DNA of 24,000 bases, taken from assembly GCA_025359865.1 (NCBI GenBank), contig JANYDH010000166.1, positions 1-24,000 of the forward strand, written 5' to 3'. A program made the translations under genes and the position numbers. Position 1 is the first letter of the stretch. Each line of letters opens with the position of its first letter. The notes under the pieces are model-generated. The model saw only the letters and a list, made by a program, of their open reading frames with translations, did no database searches and was not told where the DNA came from. This stretch comes from Actinomycetes bacterium. GTDB lineage: Bacteria; Actinomycetota; Acidimicrobiia; Acidimicrobiales; Ilumatobacteraceae. This document shows, in pieces, positions 20,448 through 24,000 of this stretch.

Positions 20448-21152
20448 TCAGCCCGTGGGCAGTTCGGGGCGAAGGCGACTCGGGTCGACCTTCACGCCGG
20501 GTCCCATGGTCGAACAGACAGTGATCTTGCGCAGGTAGCGACCTTTCGCTGCAGCTGGCTTGGCGCGCTGGAGTTCGTCGATCACGGCACGGAAGTTGGC
20601 TTCGAGCGCTTCTGGTTCGAAGCTGACTTTGCCGAGCGGTACATGCACATTGCCGTACCGGTCGGTGCGGTATTCGACCTTGCCACCCTTGAACTCGGCA
20701 ACAGCGCGGGCGACGTCGTGGGTGACGGTGCCGGTCTTCGGGTTCGGCATCAAACCACGGGGCCCCAACACGCGACCAAGACGACCGACGAGCGGCATCA
20801 GGTCGGGCGTGGCGATGGCCACGTCGAAGTTCATGTTGCCCTTTTCGATTTCGGCGGCGAGATCTTCGGCACCAACGAACTCGGCACCCGCTGCTCGGGC
20901 TGCTTCGGCCGCTTCGCCGGAGGCGAACACGGCGACGCGGACATCCTTACCGGTACCGCTCGGCAAGGCCACCGTGCCACGGACCATCTGCTCGGCCTTG
21001 CGCGGGTCGACGCCTAGCCGCATCGCAATCTCAACGGTCTCGTCGAACTTTGCGTTGGCCATGCTCTTCACCTTGGCCAGGGCCTCGGTTGGCGTGAACT
21101 GTGCATCACGGTCGAACTTTTTGACCGCATCGGAATACTTTTTACCGGACAT
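20448..21152 (-). CDS. rplA: 50S ribosomal protein L1
   Basis: [69 protein letters not shown] is canonical L1. Confidence 0.96.
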   Translation of the reverse strand: MSGKKYSDAVKKFDRDAQFTPTEALAKVKSMANAKFDETVEIAMRLGVDPRKAEQMVRGTVALPSGTGKDVRVAVFASGEAAEAARAAGAEFVGAEDLAAEIEKGNMNFDVAIATPDLMPLVGRLGRVLGPRGLMPNPKTGTVTHDVARAVAEFKGGKVEYRTDRYGNVHVPLGKVSFEPEALEANFRAVIDELQRAKPAAAKGRYLRKITVCSTMGPGVKVDPSRLRPELPTG

Positions 21153-21204
21153 TGCTGTCTCCCTCGGGTTGACGTCGGCCGGGCGAGGTGGTCCCAGTCC
21201 AAAC

Positions 21205-21326
21205 GTGGTGGTGTGATGTAGCGGTGTGATGTAGTGGTGTGATGTAGTGGTGTGATGTGGTGGTGTGATGTAGCGGTGTGATGTAGCGGTGTGATGTAGC
21301 GGTGTGATGTAGCGGTGGCTGATCAG
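21205..21326. repeat. 13-nt tandem array: 8 full copies plus degenerate flanking copies, filling most of the rplK-rplA spacer
   Basis: Plus-strand units start at 21210, 21223, 21236, 21249, 21262, 21275, 21288 and 21301. They read ggtgtgatgtagc (x5), ggtgtgatgtagt (x2) and ggtgtgatgtggt (x1). A degenerate 9th unit, ggtggctgatcag, contains the rplK stop codon. The period is not a multiple of 3. Confidence 0.92.
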
Positions 21327-21748
21327 CCGACTTTGAGGCCCATCGAACGGGCGGTGCCGCGCACCTGCTGCTTGGCAGCTTCCAGGTCGTACGCGTTGAG
21401 GTCGGGCATCTTGATCTTGGCGACCTCTTCGATGTCGCTCTCGGTGACCGAGCCAACCACCGTCTTACCAGGGGTCGCGGACCCCTTCGGCAGACCGGCC
21501 TTCTGACGCAACAGCACCGGGGTCGGTGGGGTCTTCAAAATGAACGTGAACGTACGGTCTTCGAAGATCGTGATCTCAACCGGGATGATGGTGCCGACCT
21601 GCGACTCGGTAGCAGCGTTGTACTGCTTCACGAAGTCCATGATGCCGATGCCGTGCGGCCCGAGCGCAGTACCGACGGGCGGTGCTGGGGTGGCCTTACC
21701 GGCCGGGATCTGGATCTTGACGATCGCAGTGACTCTCTTTTTTGCCAT
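21323..21748 (-). CDS. rplK: 50S ribosomal protein L11
   Basis: [48 protein letters not shown] is canonical L11. Confidence 0.97.
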   Translation of the reverse strand: MAKKRVTAIVKIQIPAGKATPAPPVGTALGPHGIGIMDFVKQYNAATESQVGTIIPVEITIFEDRTFTFILKTPPTPVLLRQKAGLPKGSATPGKTVVGSVTESDIEEVAKIKMPDLNAYDLEAAKQQVRGTARSMGLKVG

Positions 21749-21784
21749 GACTGGTTCCTTACCTGTGGATCGCCGTCGCTGCGC

Positions 21785-22510
21785 TTACAGCTTCGAGACT
21801 TGACTGAAGTCCATCTCCACCAAGGTCTCGCGACCAAAGATGTTGACGAGCACCTTGAGCTTCATGTGGTCGGCGTTGATCTCGGCGATCGTGCCGGCAA
21901 AGTCCGCGAACGGACCTTCCTTGACACGGACGCTTTCGCCAACGTCGTAGTCGAACTTCGGCTTCTTGCGAGCGGGCAGGCCACCCGTGCCGTCGCCCTT
22001 TGCGGCGAGGAACGTCTGCACCTCGCGGCGCGATAGCGGCGTCGGCTTCTGACCGTGGCGGCTCTGGCCGACGAATCCGGTGACACCTGGGGTGTTACGG
22101 ACGCAATACCAGCTCTCGTCGTCCATTTGACAGCGCACGAGGATGTAGCCGGGGAAGACCTTCTTCTGGACGGTCTGCTTGCGACCGTTTTTGTACTCTT
22201 CGACCTCTTCCATGGGGATGACCATCTCGTAGATGCGATCCTCCATGTTCATCGACTGGATCCGCGCGCCGAGGTTGGCCGTGACCTTCTTTTCATACCC
22301 GGACTGGGTATGGACGACGTACCACGCCCCAGGTTTGGTCCAGGGATCGTCGACGATCGGGGCTTCCTCGTCGGGCTCCGTCTCTTCACCTTCAGCATCC
22401 GCGCTGAGGTCGAACGTCACGTCGACCGTGTCGTCGGTACCCAGTTCTTCGGCGTCCAGTGCTTCGGCGTCCAGTGCTTGTGTTTCCTGCATCGTGGTCT
22501 CGTCGTTCAT
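21785..22510 (-). CDS. nusG: Transcription termination/antitermination factor NusG (with an acidic N-terminal extension)
   Basis: [14 protein letters not shown] marks the NGN domain and [22 protein letters not shown] the KOW motif. The gene follows secE. Confidence 0.95.
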   Translation of the reverse strand: MNDETTMQETQALDAEALDAEELGTDDTVDVTFDLSADAEGEETEPDEEAPIVDDPWTKPGAWYVVHTQSGYEKKVTANLGARIQSMNMEDRIYEMVIPMEEVEEYKNGRKQTVQKKVFPGYILVRCQMDDESWYCVRNTPGVTGFVGQSRHGQKPTPLSRREVQTFLAAKGDGTGGLPARKKPKFDYDVGESVRVKEGPFADFAGTIAEINADHMKLKVLVNIFGRETLVEMDFSQVSKL

Positions 22511-22524
22511 GTCAGTCGTTCATC

Positions 22525-22824
22525 TCAGTCGTACAACCATCCGGAGAGAACTCCGAAGAGGGAATCGAGCCCGCCAACAAAGGCGGTGTAGATGACCACC
22601 GTGACGAGCACGATGATCGAGAATCGGCGGACCTCTGGCCATTTCGGCCACGCCACCTTGCGCATTTCATCGCGGACCTCGCGCATGTACTGCGCTGGGG
22701 TGACATGCTCCTCGGAGGGACGTCGGGCTGGTGCCGGGGCGCGCGTTGGCTGCCCCTGGTCGTTCAGGTCGCCGCTTTTCTTCAGTGAACGCTTCTGCTC
22801 ACGGTTGAGGTCATCGAGTGACAT
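22525..22824 (-). CDS. secE: Preprotein translocase subunit SecE
   Basis: MREVRDEMRKVAWPKWPEVRRFSIIVLVTVVIYTAFVGGLD shows the conserved E-x-x-K-V-x-W-P motif followed by a single TM helix. The gene sits between tRNA-Trp and nusG. Confidence 0.9.
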   Translation of the reverse strand: MSLDDLNREQKRSLKKSGDLNDQGQPTRAPAPARRPSEEHVTPAQYMREVRDEMRKVAWPKWPEVRRFSIIVLVTVVIYTAFVGGLDSLFGVLSGWLYD

Positions 22825-22863
22825 GTACGGTGTCGCCTTTCCGGCGGTCCGGTGGGATCTGGG

Positions 22864-22936
22864 CAGGGCAGGAGGGACTCGAACCCCCGACCGTCGGTTT
22901 TGGAGACCGATGCTCTACCAACTGAGCTACTGCCCT
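22864..22936 (-). tRNA. tRNA-Trp (anticodon CCA), 73 nt; 3' CCA not exactly encoded
   Basis: Folded by hand. Acceptor AGGGCAG/CTGCCCT. D-stem GCTC/GAGC. Anticodon stem TCGGT/ACCGA with loop CTCCAAA. T-stem GGGGG/CCCTC with loop TTCGAGT. Discriminator G. Confidence 0.92.
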
Positions 22937-23030
22937 CTGTGGGGCCAGCCAACGCTACCAGCCAGCCCCGAGGGTGCCTCCGATGTGGCCAAGGAGAGCT
23001 TCAAAAGCGCTCCCCAACCACAAGGGTGAT

Positions 23031-23195
23031 CTACCGGGTTTCCTTGTGCGTCGTGTGTCGACGGTCATGTGAACAGTACTTCTTCATCTCGAGGCGTTCA
23101 CGGTCGTTGACCTTGGACTTCATCGTGATGTAGTTGCGGCGCTTGCACTCTGTGCACTCGAGGGTGATCTTCACCCGCTTGTCGTTCCTAGCCAT
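23031..23195 (-). CDS. rpmG: 50S ribosomal protein L33 (54 aa)
   Basis: My own translation (below the ORF-track size cut-off) is [54 protein letters not shown]. It has the L33 pattern including CxxC...C and the ...HKE(T/S)(K/R) end. GGAGAA Shine-Dalgarno sequence upstream. Confidence 0.9.
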   Translation of the reverse strand: MARNDKRVKITLECTECKRRNYITMKSKVNDRERLEMKKYCSHDRRHTTHKETR

Positions 23196-23213
23196 ATCAG
23201 GTTCTCCGTCTGG

Positions 23214-24000
23214 TCACTTGATGATCTTGGTGACGCGGCCGGCGCCAACGGTACGGCCACCTTCACGAATGGCGAAACGCAAACCCTCATCCATCGCGAT
23301 CGGCTTACCCAACTCCACCGTGATCGCCACATTGTCACCCGGCATCACCATCTCCGTACCCTCCGGCAACTGAATCGTCCCAGTCACATCAGTCGTACGG
23401 AAAAAGAACTGCGGCCGATAATTATTGAAAAACGGCTTATGACGCCCACCCTCACCAGACGTCAACACATACACCTGACCCTCAAAATTGGTATGCGGCG
23501 TAATACTCCCCGGCTTACACAACACCTGCCCACGCTCAACATCTTCCTTCTTCGTACCACGCAACAACGCACCAACATTATCCCCAGCCTGACCCTCATC
23601 AAGAATCTTCCGGAACATCTCCACACCAGTACAAACCGACTTCTGCGTAGTCCGCAAACCAACGATCTCCACCTCATCACCAGTATGAACACGACCCTGC
23701 TCGATCTTGCCCGTCACCACCGTCCCACGACCAGTAATCGTGAACACATCCTCAATCGGCATCAAAAACGGCTTATCCAACTCACGAACCGGCTGCGGCA
23801 CCGACTCATCACACGCCGCCATCAACTCCATGATCTTCTCCTGCCAAACAGGATCACCCTCCAACGCCTTCAACGCCGACACCCGAACCACCGGAGCATC
23901 ATCACCCGGGAACTCATACTCGCTCAACAACTCGCGAACCTCAAGCTCAACCAGCTCCAACAACTCCTCATCATCAACCATGTCAGCCTTATTCAACGCC
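23214..24000 (-). CDS. tuf: Elongation factor Tu, C-terminal ~260 codons; the gene continues beyond the window end
   Basis: (L)[47 protein letters not shown] ... [21 protein letters not shown] is canonical EF-Tu domains I (end), II and III. Codon usage is strongly atypical upstream of ~23280 (see findings). Confidence 0.97.
   Translation of the reverse strand, partial: ALNKADMVDDEELLELVELEVRELLSEYEFPGDDAPVVRVSALKALEGDPVWQEKIMELMAACDESVPQPVRELDKPFLMPIEDVFTITGRGTVVTGKIEQGRVHTGDEVEIVGLRTTQKSVCTGVEMFRKILDEGQAGDNVGALLRGTKKEDVERGQVLCKPGSITPHTNFEGQVYVLTSGEGGRHKPFFNNYRPQFFFRTTDVTGTIQLPEGTEMVMPGDNVAITVELGKPIAMDEGLRFAIREGGRTVGAGRVTKIIK

Noticed and set aside
21205-21326. Possibility that the 13-nt array (or the 12- and 14-nt arrays) is a CRISPR array.
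   Set aside because: The units are directly abutting with no spacers. They are far shorter than CRISPR repeats. There are no cas genes in the window.
21142-21456. A 104-aa minus-strand ORF encoding [28 protein letters not shown]...
   Set aside because: It is simply the 13-nt tandem array read through. A period of 13 cycles all three frames. It also overlaps the rplK 3' end and the rplA 5' end, and it has no independent start context.

Overview
High-GC (actinobacterial-type) chromosomal window. It is dominated by the universal transcription/translation core, all on the minus strand: tuf (partial) - rpmG - tRNA-Trp(CCA) - secE - nusG - rplK - rplA - rplJ - rplL ... rpoB - rpoC ... rpsL - rpsG. 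The core synteny is broken in three places. (1) rplL and rpoB are separated by about 4 kb of accessory genes: an orphan ABC-type solute-binding lipoprotein, and a divergent HisKA_3 sensor kinase / REC-HTH regulator / small 4-Cys exported protein operon. (2) rpsG is not followed by fusA-tuf. It is followed by a short (516 aa) YjjI-family glycyl-radical enzyme and its radical-SAM activase. (3) Downstream of those lie an 888-aa zinc-ribbon / J-like / single-TM protein, a decayed histone-deacetylase-family pseudogene, and the 5' end of a non-canonical Hsp70. Features not explained by the genes: (a) tuf shows an abrupt strand-asymmetric synonymous recoding, with C-ending codons and CTN Leu replaced by T-ending codons and TTG, and a sharp breakpoint about 65 nt before its stop codon. 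(b) Three unrelated short tandem-repeat arrays sit inside intercistronic spacers of the r-protein operons: 13 nt x8-9 in rplK-rplA, 14 nt x3 before rplL, and 12 nt x3.5 plus a UUCG hairpin after rpsG. (c) A His-rich 45-aa membrane ORF lies between rpoC and rpsL. (d) A 13-nt duplication at the secE/nusG junction creates a 3-codon mini-ORF. No CRISPR array, mobile element or rRNA is visible. All functional calls rest on my own reading of motifs. No database search was run.
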